A stretch of 64,000 nucleotides of DNA from Rhina ancylostomus (GCA_030265395.1 JARFYF010000058.1:7941380-8005379), one strand, 5' to 3'. Shown: positions 12,050 to 26,081, numbered from the stretch's first letter. The notes: generated by a model not told the origin, from the letters alone. Translations and numbers: made by a program.

Positions 12050-12415
12050 TCAGGGACCAACTGCAATATCACTATTCATCCTATCACAGACCTTCCCCTT
12101 TGTTCTCTCTGCCTCTCCTCTGCTTATTTGTAACTTCAGACGTTTGGGGGGGGGGGGGGGGGGGGGGGGGNNNNNNNNNNNNNNNNNNNNNNNNNNNNNN
12201 NNNNNNNNNNNNNNNNNNNNNNNNNNNNNNNNNNNNNNNNNNNNNNNNNNNNNNNNNNNNNNNNNNNNNNCGTTTCCCCCCCCCCCCCCCCAATATCTGA
12301 CTTTTCCCAGTTCTGACAAAAGATCATTGATTTGAAACATTAACTGTTTCCCTCTCCACAGATGCTGCCTGACAGTAAATATTTTTGTTTCATTTCAGAT
12401 TTCCAACATCTGCTA
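12050..12415 (+). mobile_element. Penelope-like terminal repeat with a decayed hammerhead motif at 12308-12346
   Basis: CAGTT-CTGACAA-A-AGATC/att/GATTT-GAAAC-ATT-AACTG, followed by the family segment CACAGATGCTGCCTGAC...AGATTTCCAACATCTGC. Confidence 0.65.
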
Positions 12416-12444
12416 TATTAATAAAACAAACTGCAGCAACTCAC

Positions 12445-12546
12445 CTCTGTTCATCTTACTTGGGTATGTTTTTTGGAAATGCCGATACTCCTCTGGAGCA
12501 GGGAAGTCTTCAATCGGATGAAAGCAGTATTTTGATTCAAAGTCAT
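12445..12546 (-). CDS. WIPF2: WIPF2 coding exon 6, WASP/N-WASP EVH1-binding domain
   Basis: TAG|AT acceptor, G|GTGAG donor, 102 nt; DDFESKYCFHPIEDFPAPEEYRHFQKTYPSKMNR. Confidence 0.97.
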
Positions 12547-15355
12547 CTAGGGGAAGAGACATTTTGCTTTTTTAAAAAAAAAACACACATCCACATTGTA
12601 GGTTACCTTGATCTGAAATGTCAAGATTTTCTCTCCCCACTGGTGCTGCTCGACCTGCTGAGAACTTCCAGCATTTTCTATTTTAGTTTGGGTTATTAGT
12701 AGCATGGGTAAATAAAGATTACCCTGTTGAAAAGTCAGGGAACTGAACGATACTAGGCATCATTAACACTTCGGCTCCAATCTGATTATAAAGGTGTTTG
12801 GCTTGAAGAGGGCTGAACTCATTCTAGCCCCTCTAGGCTTAACTGCAGGAACCAGCTCAACAGTGGTTTGCTACTGCCAAAATTTTGCTAAGTACAGAAA
12901 TGGTTAGAGGCAGAGAGAAGCTCAGCAAAGTAACTGCGCTTGCATGGTGTTCCTTAGTTCATGAAGTTCAACAGCAGCCAGCAAACACGAGATGGAAAAG
13001 TGGCCTTTTGAGGTTCAGCTTTCAGATTCAAAATTTAACAGTTTAACTTGCGTGGAAAGGCCTCCAATAAAATGCAACGAGGTCACAGCAATCAGCTCCC
13101 TGAGATGCAAGCCCACCACAGTAACACTAGTAGCTAGTAACTCTGAAGAACAAAGAAACATAGGCTCATGTCTGAGTTTCCCATATGGTGAGTTACTGGG
13201 TTGGCACAGTGTTCGCTTGCCCACAGGCTCATATCAACATTGCCCATATGGCAGCTTGTGGATATCAGTAGCTCATACCAATCATGCAGAAGATTGGGGG
13301 GTGGGGGATGGAATAAAGGGGGGTGTTGGGGGAGCTTCCCTGTGAGGGGAGGGAGGGGAAGGATACCCAAGGGACAGTTACTCTGGCTGGCTCTCATACC
13401 TCCTAATGATTGGCTCATGCAGCTCGAGGTTAGGCAGCCTCCTGCCCTTTGGGAAGGAAATACCACGCCAGCAGGTGAAACTGAAAGGTTTCAAATCAAT
13501 CCACTTAAGTAATTTTTCCTTTCTTTACATGTATTTTTTCTGTTCCTTCTTTCTCTGGAAACAATGCCCTGAGCAAACCTGTGCTGTGTACACCTTTATT
13601 CCATATTAAGTTATGCATTTCAAGTATATATGATGCCAAGGGATTGAGTTGTTTTGCACAGCAATGATAAAATACATATTTCTTTAATATGAGATTATTC
13701 CTCTAGATCCTTCTTGTTAGGAAGAATTAACTTTTTATTATTGATTTTATGTTCTGCAGACAACTGCTTTGAAAGCTAATGACTGATTTCTCTGCCTGTT
13801 ACACTTCTGTATTTAGGATCGGACCAGAAGTGCAACTTGGGTTGGTCAGTTTCAATTTACAACAGTTGGGTATCTGGGTTGATTTTAGTATGAGTAATAG
13901 TTACATTTCTAATTGCTGTCTGCTAACCTGCACTGGAAGTGTGGGCAAATGTGTCAGGTGACCTGCAGAGTCCAACTTCACAGCTGGAAAACTATCACTT
14001 GGGTGATAAACTATTGCAGGCACCCAAACAACTGTAATGCAGAAAGAACAAGAGGGAAAGAACAAGAGGGAAAAAAAAGAGGGAAAAAAAAGAGGGTTCC
14101 TGTAATAAAATTTAGAAAAGACCACATAGGATTCCTATTAACCAGAAACAGTCTCTCTTTCCCCTCCACAGAGGCTGCCTGACCTGAGTATTTCCCAGCA
14201 TTTTCTGATTTTTTTTAGATTTCCAGTATCTGCAGTTGTTAGTTTTTCAATTGGCAGATAACCATTACACCTCTCTGGAATACACAGCAGACTGAGAACT
14301 TTGTAAATATCTGTTGTTTAATAATTTCCATAATTGTTTTCTCATTCAGTGTGAACACACTGTTACTTTTCCCTAATGACTTTGAAGAACTTAATAGACC
14401 TTAAAACCAATACGTTATGTAGAACAGCACCTGGTATACATAACAGAAGCTCCTATGCTGCGGTACATGATCCCAGCTGATGGGGACAGGAATGGGGTCG
14501 GAGGGAGATAAGAAAACCAGCTCAAGCTCCCAGACCTGATCATTAATCCTGTGACGTAAGAAAGCGTGCAGATGGGTATCAGGTGAGGACAAGTTCTGTG
14601 ATGTCTACCACAACAGATCAACTGCTTGAAATTTACTATTTAGGATTATCTCAGGTAGTTTCAAGTACAGGCACCTGTGCTCCTCTACGCCCCAGGAAAG
14701 ATCCAACATGATCAGAAAAGCAACAGTGAAGGAGAAAATGGTTTAAAAAAAATTGAACCAAATGCACACTGGACATCTGCAAGGGCAGCATAGGCTTTAA
14801 CAAAGTGGCTTGTTTGTAGAGCTGTTACAAATTTCTGATTCCTCCTTGTCAGATCAATCTGTTTCCATCTGAATGCAACATTGTAAATGACACACTTCTC
14901 AAAATAAGATATACCCTGTGTGCATAATACTCATGGAAGCCGTGTGATAGCTAAGGATAAATATTACAAGGAACTGTTGTTTCAAAAACATTTCAGGATA
15001 TTTTCATAAATGAGAAGTTCATCCTATGCCACTTTTCACATTTTATATGGAAACTGCATAAAATAAACAAGTGGTAGAAACAGTTCAAAAACTACCATTT
15101 GCATTGGAGAAGGACAATGATAGGAAGGAGAAAGGAAGGATAAAACAGAAGTGAGTACATTAAAACAGGAAAGCAGGACAGTAAAGCAAAGAGAGAAGCA
15201 ATCAACAGTTTTGGTGGGGGGAAAATAGTGAGAAACTGAGCAGCTGTCTGGTTGGAAATAATAAGCAATAATCTGCAGACGCATAGAACTCCGTTCGCAA
15301 GTAACCAATAAATGTGAGAACAGTTGCCGCCTGGCATTCTTAGCCTCACTGTTAC

Positions 15356-15562
15356 CTAGGAATGATTTGGATGACGGTCCAACAGGGTCCCTGTGTCCAT
15401 TTCGTAAAGGTGGCGGTGGAGGAGGGGGTGCAGGAGTCCGCATCGGAGGCGGTGGTGGCTTGCCCCGATGTGAAGGATCTGAAGACGGTGTCCTGTACGG
15501 TGGCAGCGGGGGAGGGGCATCTCGGGCTCCATTCCGCAGCACAGGGGGTGGTGGTGGGGGAG
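15356..15562 (-). CDS. WIPF2: WIPF2 coding exon 5, proline-rich
   Basis: CAG|CT acceptor, G|GTAAC donor, 207 nt; APPPPPPVLRNGARDAPPPLPPYR...RGKPPPPP.RTPA...PPLRNGHRD...SFL. Confidence 0.97.
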   Translation of the reverse strand, partial: LPHHHPLCCGMEPEMPLPRCHRTGHRLQILHIGASHHRLRCGLLHPLLHRHLYEMDTGTLLDRHPNHS

Positions 15563-16449
15563 CTGTGGAACACAAAGTTAAACACTTTAGTTCTGTCTGG
15601 TGCCAGATAAGGAAATACATTCATGATTGGATTCAAACAGCTTGGTAACTATATAAAAAAAACAAAGGAAAAAGTGAGAAAGAATTAACCCTGCTGGATT
15701 TGGTGGTGGTCACAGTAGACAAAAGAAAAAGATTAAAATCAAAATACAAGCTTGATGAGATGCATCAAATTGCTCTAAAAATCTAAGAGTAAAATGCTGT
15801 TACATTTGTGTTTCCCCTCCTTCAAATAATCCACAATCAACATTTGAAGACAAAATCAATTTTTGAAAACAATTGGGCAGATAATCAACAAACCTAAGTG
15901 CCTCTCTGCTCTCACCACCCACTACTGCCACCTCCACGTTTGTTCTAACAAGTGTTAACTATTTTTGGATATGACCTGTGAGGTCAGTCTACTGTGGTTA
16001 ATGCTGGATTTACTACTGCTGGATAGTGGGAGAGAACAAGTTGTGATAGGTACAGGCATGCAAGGCCCTGCTTATCCAGAGCTTATTTTAAAAAAAGACC
16101 TTGTGACGCTGGTCCATTCTCCTCATCTCATCTAAAGACTATTCTCCCCAATAATACAGGTTGAAAAGCTTCTGATTCAATCAGCTTTTCTCTACAGTAT
16201 TTTAGGAAAATTATCCAGGAAAGCCACCTACAAACACTAACGATACATTAAGAGGAATATCATAGAGTTTTTTTTAAATTATTATTACTCACTGAAAATC
16301 CATAACAATTGTACTTGGGTATCTAGTGCCCTGCTGTTTGGGATGCTGTTTGAGAGATCAGAGCTAAATCCAATGCTGACTACTGAAAAACTGCTAAACA
16401 CAAGGTTATAAAAACATGAGATGTGGAGATCTTGAAAAGAGAAAGAAAA

Positions 16450-16790
16450 ACTTACATTTATATAGCAACTTTCATGCCCATTTCAGGGCATCCCAAAGTT
16501 CTGTATAGCTAACAAGGTACTTATGAAGTATTGCCATGTGGGAGATACAGCAGTTCATTTGATCATTTCAAACCTCCACAAACCACATGACAATGTCCAG
16601 ATAATCTGTTTTAGTAATGTTTATTGAGAGATAAACATTGACCAGGAGAGCAGGGTGACGTCACCCGTTTTTCTTTGAAATGGTGCCCACGGGGTCTTTG
16701 AAAGGATAGTGCCTCAGTTCAATATCTCATCTGAAAAATAGCATCATCTACAAACAACACCACCTCAGTGCTGCACTAGAACATCCACTG
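16450..16790 (-). mobile_element. Deu-domain SINE (AmnSINE1/SacSINE1-like)
   Basis: Reverse complement gives CCTGGTCAATGTTTATCTCTCAATAAACATTACTAAAACAGATTATCTGG and the tail CTATATAAATGTAAG, matching the remembered DeuSINE central domain and tail. Confidence 0.75.
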
Positions 16791-17964
16791 ACAGCTACTC
16801 TTTATTTACGCAGAACAAAAATTGTGACCAATTCCTGCAACTTTTGGGAATAAACTCTGGCAACAATCTGCATGACATATATTGCACTTAAAATAACTCC
16901 ATATATAATTTACCCAAATTTGATTTTAAAATGCCACAATGTCTATGGAGCTAACTAACACTAGCACCTTTGGCCTTCGGTCATGAAGACAATGAGTCAG
17001 CAATCACATATTGAACATCATTGCAAAGGTATTCACTTTGCTTGCATGGCATAACCTCCTTTCATTCTGCCTTCACAACACTGCTGATGGCTCAACAAGT
17101 AGCAGTCAGACAAATGACACAAGGCCCAAGGTCAAGTTCATCCTCAAACATTAGGAAAGAACTGCAAAAGGCAAGTTTTTGCTTCCGAATGCTATTTAGG
17201 ATGCTCTACTGAAAGTAGGCCCAAGTAAATATTCAGTGAAAATAGGACCAGGCCCGAGGTAGCCCCAAAGACTGAATGCTACTGAAGGCCCATTACATTT
17301 CTGTGGAATTTTGAACACATTATTTAACTATAACCGTAAACATTATCTTAACGATAATTGCAATCTAGGACCAGAATATAAAAATAAAAGCACTGAAAAA
17401 CTACAGAATAACTTTGAGCAAGGATGGAGGAGGAGAAGGAGAAAAACCTTCACATTCAGTCATGATATTTTCTTAAAGTTACATTAAGATTTATTCTAAA
17501 TATCTGAATTGATTGGCATCGTGGCACTTTCTAACTGACAGGAATATATTATTTTAAAATCTGCAAACAAAAGCAAGACTACTGCAGGGTCAATAGTACG
17601 ATCCAAACTGGATATGCTTCCTTAAAAGCTCAAAGCCATGAAAACCAAGTTACACCTGCCCACTGCTTTGTTTCCGTTAATTATTTACAGAGTTTCTGTT
17701 CATCAGAGCCTGGGACTTGTGATGTAATTCTTTAACCCTTCAATATATTGGACATGCAATATCAGATATTGATCCAATTCCAAGCACAGGATATGTTAAC
17801 ATCCTTCAATTTTGCCTTTCAATAGATTAGACATGATAATGGTTTTCCATTTTTACAAATCTTTTGTATGTCAGTTAGACACTTTTTTCCCATTCATTTG
17901 GGATCAAGTTGTTGCTGGCAAGGCCAGCATATATTGTCCACGCAGAGAGGCTTGATGGACCATT

Positions 17965-18215
17965 TATAGTCATAGTTATACAGCACAGAAACAGGNNNNN
18001 NNNNGTCCTTGCCACCAAAGATGCCTTCCTGAGCTAGTTCCATTTACCTACATTTGGCCCATATCCTTCTAAACTTGCTATCCATGAACCTGTCCAAATG
18101 TCTTTTATAGTTTTAATTGCACCCGCCTCTACCACTTTGTCTGACAGCTTGTTCTATATCCCCACCACACACTATGTGAAAAATTTTCCTCTCATGTCCC
18201 CTTTAAACCTTAAAC
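17965..18215 (-). mobile_element. CR1 (HER1-type) LINE 3' end
   Basis: AGTCATAGTTATACAGCACAGAAACAGG and TTTGGCCCATATCCTTCTAAAC, reverse of the elasmobranch CR1 tail. Confidence 0.7.
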
Positions 18216-18799
18216 ACTGAGGGCATTTAAAGAGCCAATGACATGAGATGGTCTGGAGTTACTGTAGGTCAGACCAAAGATGGTTATTTTTCCCTTGGTC
18301 AACATAATTAGACTAGTTGATGCTGTTTTTCCAAATTCCAGATTATTAAATGAATTTAAATTTCACAGCTGCCCTGGTGAGATTTGAATTTGAGTGTTTG
18401 AATTATTAGCCCATGTCTCCAGATTACTCGACCAAAAATTTAAGCTGCGCACATCTCCATACCAATATAGCATTACAACCAACCCAAGTACTCAAAATTA
18501 CAATACAGAAATTATATTCTTAATTTGAAAACTACTTCGCAACTTCAAAAAATGCCCAAGTATAAAATTTTTGAATGATACTTTTCCCAAAGCTTTTCCT
18601 TAATAATTGGATTTTGTAGATAATGAAGCATTTTGTTATATCTTTGTTCTAAAATCTGTTCTCCTACTGAAAGAGGAAGGGAGAAATGAGCCATTAAGAT
18701 AAGGAAAAGGATATTCCATACAAGTCAGCTTAGTTATAGGGAAATGAAAAGCCTATCACAAGGGACAAAGTGACAGACTTTAAGTAGGAGCTGATGAAG

Positions 18800-19720
18800 G
18801 AAAGTCAGCACGAGGATGGAAGACAGACATCTGACAGATCTACTGAACTTTCTCGATACCATCACTAACATGGTATGGATTCTGAGAGTGTCTATGATTT
18901 TTATATATGGACTTTCAGGTGGTAGTTAAGGAAGTTTTGCACAAGAGATTATTAGCTGAAGTAAAATGGACCTAATTGGAGGCAACATTCTGATATGGGT
19001 TTAGGTGATTTAAAGATTATTGAGCAGATGTAGCTGACAAGTGGTACTCCTCAGGGATTTGTAAATGGGACCTCAGCTTTCCACCATGTATGTCAACAGA
19101 AAATGAATATCCAAGTTTGTAAATAAAACTAGTTTGGAAAGATAGCAACTGGTAAATGGAAGCAAGGAGCTTAAAGTGGTTCCAAGACTGACTAAGTGAG
19201 CAAAGCAAACTGGAGTTCAAAGTGAATGAAGTAATTAGATAATCCACTTTGGATGCAAGGTAGAAATATCAGAATATATTCTTAATTGTGAGAGAATAGG
19301 AACTGAGGATGAAGAAAGAAAGATTTAGGCATCCTAGTCCAACAGTCACTAAAAATTGCACAGTACAAAAAGAAACTCAAGAAATTGGTAAGATTGGGAA
19401 TACAAGGATGAGCCACTCAACTCCTACAGCCTGTTCCACCATTCAATGAAATCATGCATGATCAGCATCTTAATTCCATTTTGTCTTCTCCATGCCCCTT
19501 AACAATTGTACCTCAGAGTAAAACAGTCAACCTCAATCCTAAAAACCTCAATTGCCCCAGAGACTACAGCCTCTGGGAAAAAGATTCCACATTTTCTGCA
19601 GACAATGTGTTTCCTAGTTTCAAATGCGTATAAGGCATCAGAGTTACAGCTAGGCCTAGCTGTAACTCTATGATGCGTTATACACATTTCCCTGCCAGAG
19701 GAAAAATATTGCTTGTATCT
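18800..19720. mobile_element. Old CR1 fragments (RT on + at about 18800-19380; 3' tail on - at about 19400-19720)
   Basis: Decayed YMDF, SG.PQG..GP and IHFG RT motifs; CCTGTTCCACCATTCAAT tail motif. Confidence 0.55.
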
Positions 19721-20999
19721 ACTCCATTAGCATTCCCATGTAAACTGTCCTTATTTTAATTCAAGCTGTCAAGAATAAAGTTAACTATCAACACAGGATC
19801 CATTTACTTGCTAAATAATTCCAGTACTATCACCTCCTGTAAAGGCCCTTTTCATATTAACTGATTTGTGCTACAAGTAACTTCTAATGTGATGTAGCCT
19901 CATGAAATAATCTGAGAAACAGGCCATGTAGTCCATCAAGTGAACGTTGCTGCTTTTCGGCACATTAATCCACCAACTCCAAGCCTTCTCTCACTTGCTC
20001 TCCATACACCATTAGTACTCTTCATTATCAGCTAATTACCTTTTTAAAGCATTTAGACGACATTAACAGAAGTTTAAAATCTCCGTGTAAAGAACATTTC
20101 TCTAGCTTTCCCATGAATTATTTTAAATCTGTTGTCTTGTTATAATCTCTCCAAGGAAAACAATCCTGTAACTTCACAATCTTGAAAATCTATTAAGCTT
20201 CCTTTGAACCACTTCATTTCAATGACAAACCACAACTCCACTTTTCCAAGTCTTTCTTTCTAACCAACTGCACATACTGTGAACACCCTGAAATTATACT
20301 GTAGTTTCTCTATTGTTTCTTTCAAAGACATGCCCAAGAATCTGGTCTTTCACTCTCAAGGATCTTTTTTAGCAATTTTTCTTCCTTGAATTTCATTTGG
20401 GCCACAAGAGAAAATAACAAAATAAGTAACATTCCTTACTCTTGCCTAGTAATCCAGCAAAAGACTTGTTTTTATTTTGCTTGGACGAAGCCCAAAACTG
20501 TTTGGAAGGCTCCCCACAAACAGCCATCAGGAGCAACAATCTGATGCACAGCAAGGTGGCACCTTTCAGCTCTAAGAATAAACTACTTCTCGGTTGTGAT
20601 TGGCAACAAATTTTAAATATTTTCTCCCCTATTGCTAGAGGCATCATCTGTGACTTAAAGTCTGCTCCACCTTTCAATAAGATCATGGCTGATGTGATTA
20701 TCTCAACTCTACATTCCCAGCTATCTCCAACGATCTTTCATTCCCAAACCTTGCTCATCAAGGATCAACCTGCCTTAAAAATATTCAAAGACTGAACTTC
20801 GATCACCCTTTGAGGAAGGGAATTGATTTCAGTCCTTTTCTGGTGATAAGGCCACTCTGTGCCTCAAAATAAGGTTCTCAAGGGAACTGCAAATTCACTG
20901 CAAAGGACATGATATCTTTTTATGCACCATGTTAAAATCAAAACTTGCTATACTTATTCCCTGTCAAGTCATTTTTTTGTGATATTGAAATGTTAGAAA

Positions 21000-23275
21000 C
21001 CCCTTATTTCCTCTGCTTTTCAGTTCAAATTGGAAGACAATTTTCTTTCTGGCACAAGAATGGAGAACTTCAATGCATTAATAATGATGGCTTGATAGCA
21101 ACACCAGCTGAGTCCTGAAGGACATACACCACCTGATGAGAACCCAACAAAAGAGAGAGCCCTAATGTAACCACATCCTCAATCTACCTTTTACAGATGC
21201 ATCATTACTTATAGAGACAAAGCTCCCATTTTAGAGTACATCCTCCTTCATACTGCATGGCACTACAACTGTACTGAGAAGTTACAGACCCAGAACAACA
21301 CAGACAGCTCAAACTTGGCATCAATGAAGCACTGTGGAGCATCAACAGAAATGTACACCATCATAATCTGTATCCTCAAGGCCTAGCACATCTCTTACAC
21401 TACCATTACAAACAAGCCAGGGAATTACCCTTGGTTCAATAAGGACAAAAGTGCATGCTCATAGCAGCACTAGGCATTTCCAAAAATGATTGCAACACAG
21501 GACTATGTGCACGCTAAAAAGCAACACAGAAAAATGCAATCCCACAACAAATCAAATGTCTGCAGTCCTGCCCCATCTAGTCATGAATGGTGGTAGATAA
21601 TTAAACAGCTAATGGGAGGTGGTGGCTCCAAGCACTTTGCCACCTTCATTAATGGAAGCACACATCATGCAAGTGCCAAAGACAAAGCTGAAGCATTCAC
21701 AGCCATGCTCAGACAGAAATTCTAATAAGATGACCTACTTTGGCTTCTTTCCAAGATCTCCACCAGAACTGAAGCCAGTCAATTCAATGCACTCCACATG
21801 ATATCAAGAACAACTGAGAACATTGAATATAGCAAAGACTAATATAGTATTGAAGCCCTGGGCTCCACAACCTGCTGTACCTCTAGCCATGCTGCTCCAG
21901 TAGTTACAAAAATGGTATCTACCTGACAATGTGGAAAATTGACTAGGTATGTCTTGTCCACAGAAAGCAGGATAAATCCAATCTAGCTAATTATTGCCAA
22001 ATCAGCCTACTCTCAAAGTATTGCAAGATTTCATCAACAATGCTATGTAGTACTTAACCATTAATAACTTGCTTGCCAATGCCCAGTTTGGGTTTCATCA
22101 GAATCACTCTACTCCCAACCTCATCTATGTCTTGGCCCAAACAAGCTGAACTCTAGAGGTGAGATGACAAACCAAGGCAGCATGTGAACACAGACAGCAT
22201 CAAGCAGCTCTGATAAGTCAATGGGCATCAAGGTGAAAATATTCCAATGGTGGGAGTCATATCTACACTTAGGAAGGTGGTTGTGTTTTTGAAGGTCAAT
22301 CATCCTGGCCCTAGAACATCACTGCAGGGAGTTTCTCAGAGAGCATCCTCAGCCCATCTTCAGCTGCTTCATAAATTACCTTCCTTCGATTACAATGTTA
22401 GATGTTCACTGGGATGGGTGGGGGAGCGGGCATCACACAATATTCAATTCCACTTGCAACTCCTTAGCAAATGAAGCAGTCCACGAGTGCATGCAGCAAG
22501 ACCTAAATAACATTCAGGTATGGGTTGATAAGTGGTACGCAACATTCATCCTTCAAACGTACCAGGTAATGACCATCACCAAAAAGAGAAAGCCTAAACA
22601 CCTACCATTGATATTTAATGTCACGATAATCAAGTCATTCACCATCAAAATCCTGGGGACCAACACTGGCTAGAAACTCAAATGGACCAATCACAAAAAT
22701 TTTATTGCCATAAGACATATCAGAGACTGATATCTTGCAGCAAGCGACTCAACTCCTGACACCCCAAACTTTTCTGCAATTTACAAGGCATAAATCAGAA
22801 GCTTGGTGGAAAATTTCACTTGCTTGAATGAGTGCAGATCCAAAACACCTGAGCAGCATGACACTATGATAATTCAGCTCAGTTATTTAGTGCACCATCC
22901 ATTAATCTAAATATTCAATCCTTTCACTAACAGCACAGAGGCTGTGGTGTGTAGAATCTACAAAATGCACTGCAATTACTCACAAGGCCCATTCCAACAA
23001 CACTTTCCAAACCCTCAACCTCGATCACCAAGATCTTCAGGGAACACCAGCACCTGTAGATCACCCTCTTAAGTCACAAACTAATCTAATTCGGAAATAT
23101 TTCACTGTTCCTTCATCGCCAATGATTCTAAATTTGGGAACTAACTCCTGAACAACATTATTGGCACCCCTTCACCAGAAGGACTGCACCAGATCAAGGT
23201 GGCAGCTCACCATCTCCTTTGAAGGTATTTAGGGATGGGAAATAAATGATGGCCTTGTCTGCAATGCCCAGATCT
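21000..23275 (+). mobile_element. Decayed CR1/L2-group LINE, ORF2 and 3' tail
   Basis: RT-region pieces GIYLTMWKID*VCLVHRKQDKSNLANYCQISLLS, QFGFHQNHSTP, QDLNNIQVWVDKW; tail TTAGGGATGGGAAATAAATGATGGCCTTG. Related pieces at about 17885-17945 (-), 37330-37570 (+) and 63845-64000 (+). Confidence 0.8.
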
Positions 23276-23663
23276 TTACCTACGGTTAATTAACAATAAC
23301 AGCCCTATCCCTGAAGGCATTCACAGGCTGGTATCAACTGTTTGCAAACCCAAACAGCTTCTCTTACAGAGTGCTGGAAATGAAGGATAAAATATTCCAA
23401 TCTGATGCTATATTGCTCATGCCCACATGCATGCAATTTTTTGGTTTTATAGCAGTTGATCAATTGATCAGCATCAAAAATTCAATTTGAATTTTCCATT
23501 TAGTAATCAAAGAATAGTGCCTGTTTTTAAAACCAGCCAATATCAATTTGGCTCTTCTTACACTCCAGGTAACAATTTCATAGATCACTGATGTGTTTCA
23601 TTATCAAGTTTCATCTGTTCTACATTCCATTTGATATCTGGTATTCATACACAAAGTTCTTAC

Positions 23664-24320
23664 CCGCTCCTCGATTTGGCGGATCCCTCGCAGGTGGGGG
23701 TGGTCGATTCTGCGAAGGTGAAGGAGATGGAGGAGGAGGAGCAGCTCCCCGCATTGGTCCGGCTGACTTCCGCGATAATGAATTGTGTCTCTGCGGCAAT
23801 TCCGGGGCAGCCTCGCTCCCAGGACTAGAAGGGCCATTATGCACATAGGGAGGTTGCCTGTAAGGTGGAGGAGGGGGTGGCAAAGGTTGGCTCTGAATGC
23901 TACTGAGCCTTGGATTAATTGGTGATGGTGGAGGCTTGACAGAAGGAGGGGCAGGAGGTCCGTCTCTATTGCCTGGTGTCTTTTGTCCTGGAGTAGGAGG
24001 CAAAGGCTTTTCTCTGTTGTACGGTCCACTGGAATGAGTTCGGCCACTATGCATAGGTGGCGGAGGTGGATTTGTACGTCTTCCAATTGGAGGAGGTGGT
24101 GGGGGTGCTGATGCACTGTGCCTCACACCTCCAGCACTACTGGGGCGGGATGAGCTGGAAAGATCTGGTAATGAAGGTCGGTGAACTCTTGGCAGCTCTG
24201 GTGGAGAGGTTTTGCTTTGTGAATCAGAATCATCACTGTAGCGGTTGCTGCTAGGAGGAGGTCGAGGAGCAGCTGACCTTGAACCAGGTGGATTTAGTGC
24301 TGTTTTACTAGATGAAGAAT
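23664..24320 (-). CDS. WIPF2: WIPF2 coding exon 4, large proline-rich exon
   Basis: CAG|AT acceptor, G|GTAAG donor, 657 nt open; contains PELPR..RPSLPDLS, YNREKPLPPTPGQ, APELPQRHNSL and NRPPPPARDPP, which I recognise as WIPF2 rather than WIPF1/3. Confidence 0.97.
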
Positions 24321-24639
24321 CTGAAAATAGGGGACAAGTAATTATAACAAAGTACAGTATTTTAAAAACTACATTCTAGCCTCCTTGGTTAGTTGAGTTT
24401 ACTTAGTAACTCAAATGACCCAAAATTAAAACACCAGAATGAGATTTCAGGCAGCAATAGTAGAGCTACATGTTAGAATGCGAATTGTTATCTGCCGACC
24501 CCTAACTTAAAGTGCATGCACATGAGGCTCAGCCATAGACACAAATGGCATAAGGTATACATATGATCAAAAAGCATTTCAACAGTCACCGTCAAGCCTC
24601 ATTGGGACAAATCAATAGGACAGACATGCATCCATGCAT

Positions 24640-24990
24640 TTCCGAACATGATGTTAAAAGCACTTCACTGGCAATGGAGTACTGAAGTGTAGTCACGGCT
24701 GTAATGTTGGAAACACTACAGCCAATGTGCATTGCAAAAATGTCATGTACAACCAATGTGATTATCTGTTTTTGTGAAATTGCTTGAAAAATAAACATGT
24801 TACAACATAGGGGATAACTCCTACCTTCTTCATAATGACACAAAGGTATTTTTCACGATTATCTGGCAGGTCTAATGGGGCCTCATTTAAAAGATGGCAG
24901 CTCTAACAATGCAAATTTTCCAAGGTACTGGACTAGTACATAAGCCTTAAATCTCTAGAGATGGATTTGAACCCACAACTATTGCCTCTT
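24640..24990 (-). mobile_element. Deu-domain SINE, second copy
   Basis: GAAGTGTAGTCACGGCTGTAATGTTGGAAAC...CAGCCAATGTGCA...ATTATCTGTTTTTG, homologous to the 16.5 kb copy; ends in a B-box-like GGATTTGAACCC. Confidence 0.65.
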
Positions 24991-26081
24991 GAAAAAGATG
25001 TTGAATTTAATGCAAATGTTTTACATGTACCACCTTACATTTATAGAAATGATTCATGTCGAAATTTCACACCCCCTCCACCATGAGGCCATACNNNNNN
25101 NNNNTAGAATAATACTGAAAACAATTCATTTTAAATAATATCCTTCACTGCATCTATTTTAAAGTTGTTGATTTCTTTTTCTTTGCAGTAACTGAAAATC
25201 AAAAGCCCTTCATTTGCGTCATCATGCTGCTGACCTTTACCCTTCTCTAGTGCTGTGATTGTCAGAAAACCCAGAACCAATCATGTCATGTGCACAAACC
25301 CAGTCTACAATTACTAAAATAATCAACTCATTTAGCACGGCTGATGAAAGCTCAATTACTTCAATAAAAGGCTGCTATACCTCCCACTTACACAGGACAT
25401 TAGCTTTGTAGTTATGGTATGACTGTGGGCACTGCTGGTTTAATGCAAATCAAAAATGAAACAGAATACGAGAACTGTTGCACATCTTTAATATCGAGAA
25501 AATTCCTTTGAAAAACTGAAAACCTCATTAAAGATCTGATTAGATTGAAAAAGCCCTGGGACTCAGCTACTGGTGAGGTGGTTTAGACATTGAGCCCAAA
25601 ATCTTCACAGTTATTAGGGTCTAAGAAAACACAGAAGTACACAGCAAGTAAAGCAACATCTATGAAAAGAGACTAGATAATCTTAAGATTGATGCATATG
25701 AATGCAGTTTCCCTCTTCAAAGATGCAGCTTGATGTTAAAGGACTATTTCAGATATTCATTATTTGCAACATTTTGTCTTGTAGCAACCAGGATATCTGT
25801 TGCGTACAACAGGGTATATCCCAAACAAGCAATATCACAACTGGTCTTCCCAAATTAAGGCTTCACCTTTCTGATACAACTAGAGTTCAAGACTGGGGCC
25901 ACATTATGCACACTGCACTAAGATATAACTTGCATTTACATATCACCTTCAAAATACCTTATAAAATCTTTTGATTAGGACAAAAGCCCATTCATTCCAC
26001 ACTGCAAAAGCCCACAAATGACAAAAACATTAATAACCTGATAACTACTTTAGCAATTTTGACTGAGAATGAATGAATATT

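Noticed and set aside
15036-15648. 194-aa ORF and overlapping Gly-rich or alternative-frame ORFs (also at 23591-24254)
   Set aside because: Only 15356-15562 is bounded by splice sites and homologous to WIPF2; the others are intron read-through or shadows of GC-rich proline codons.
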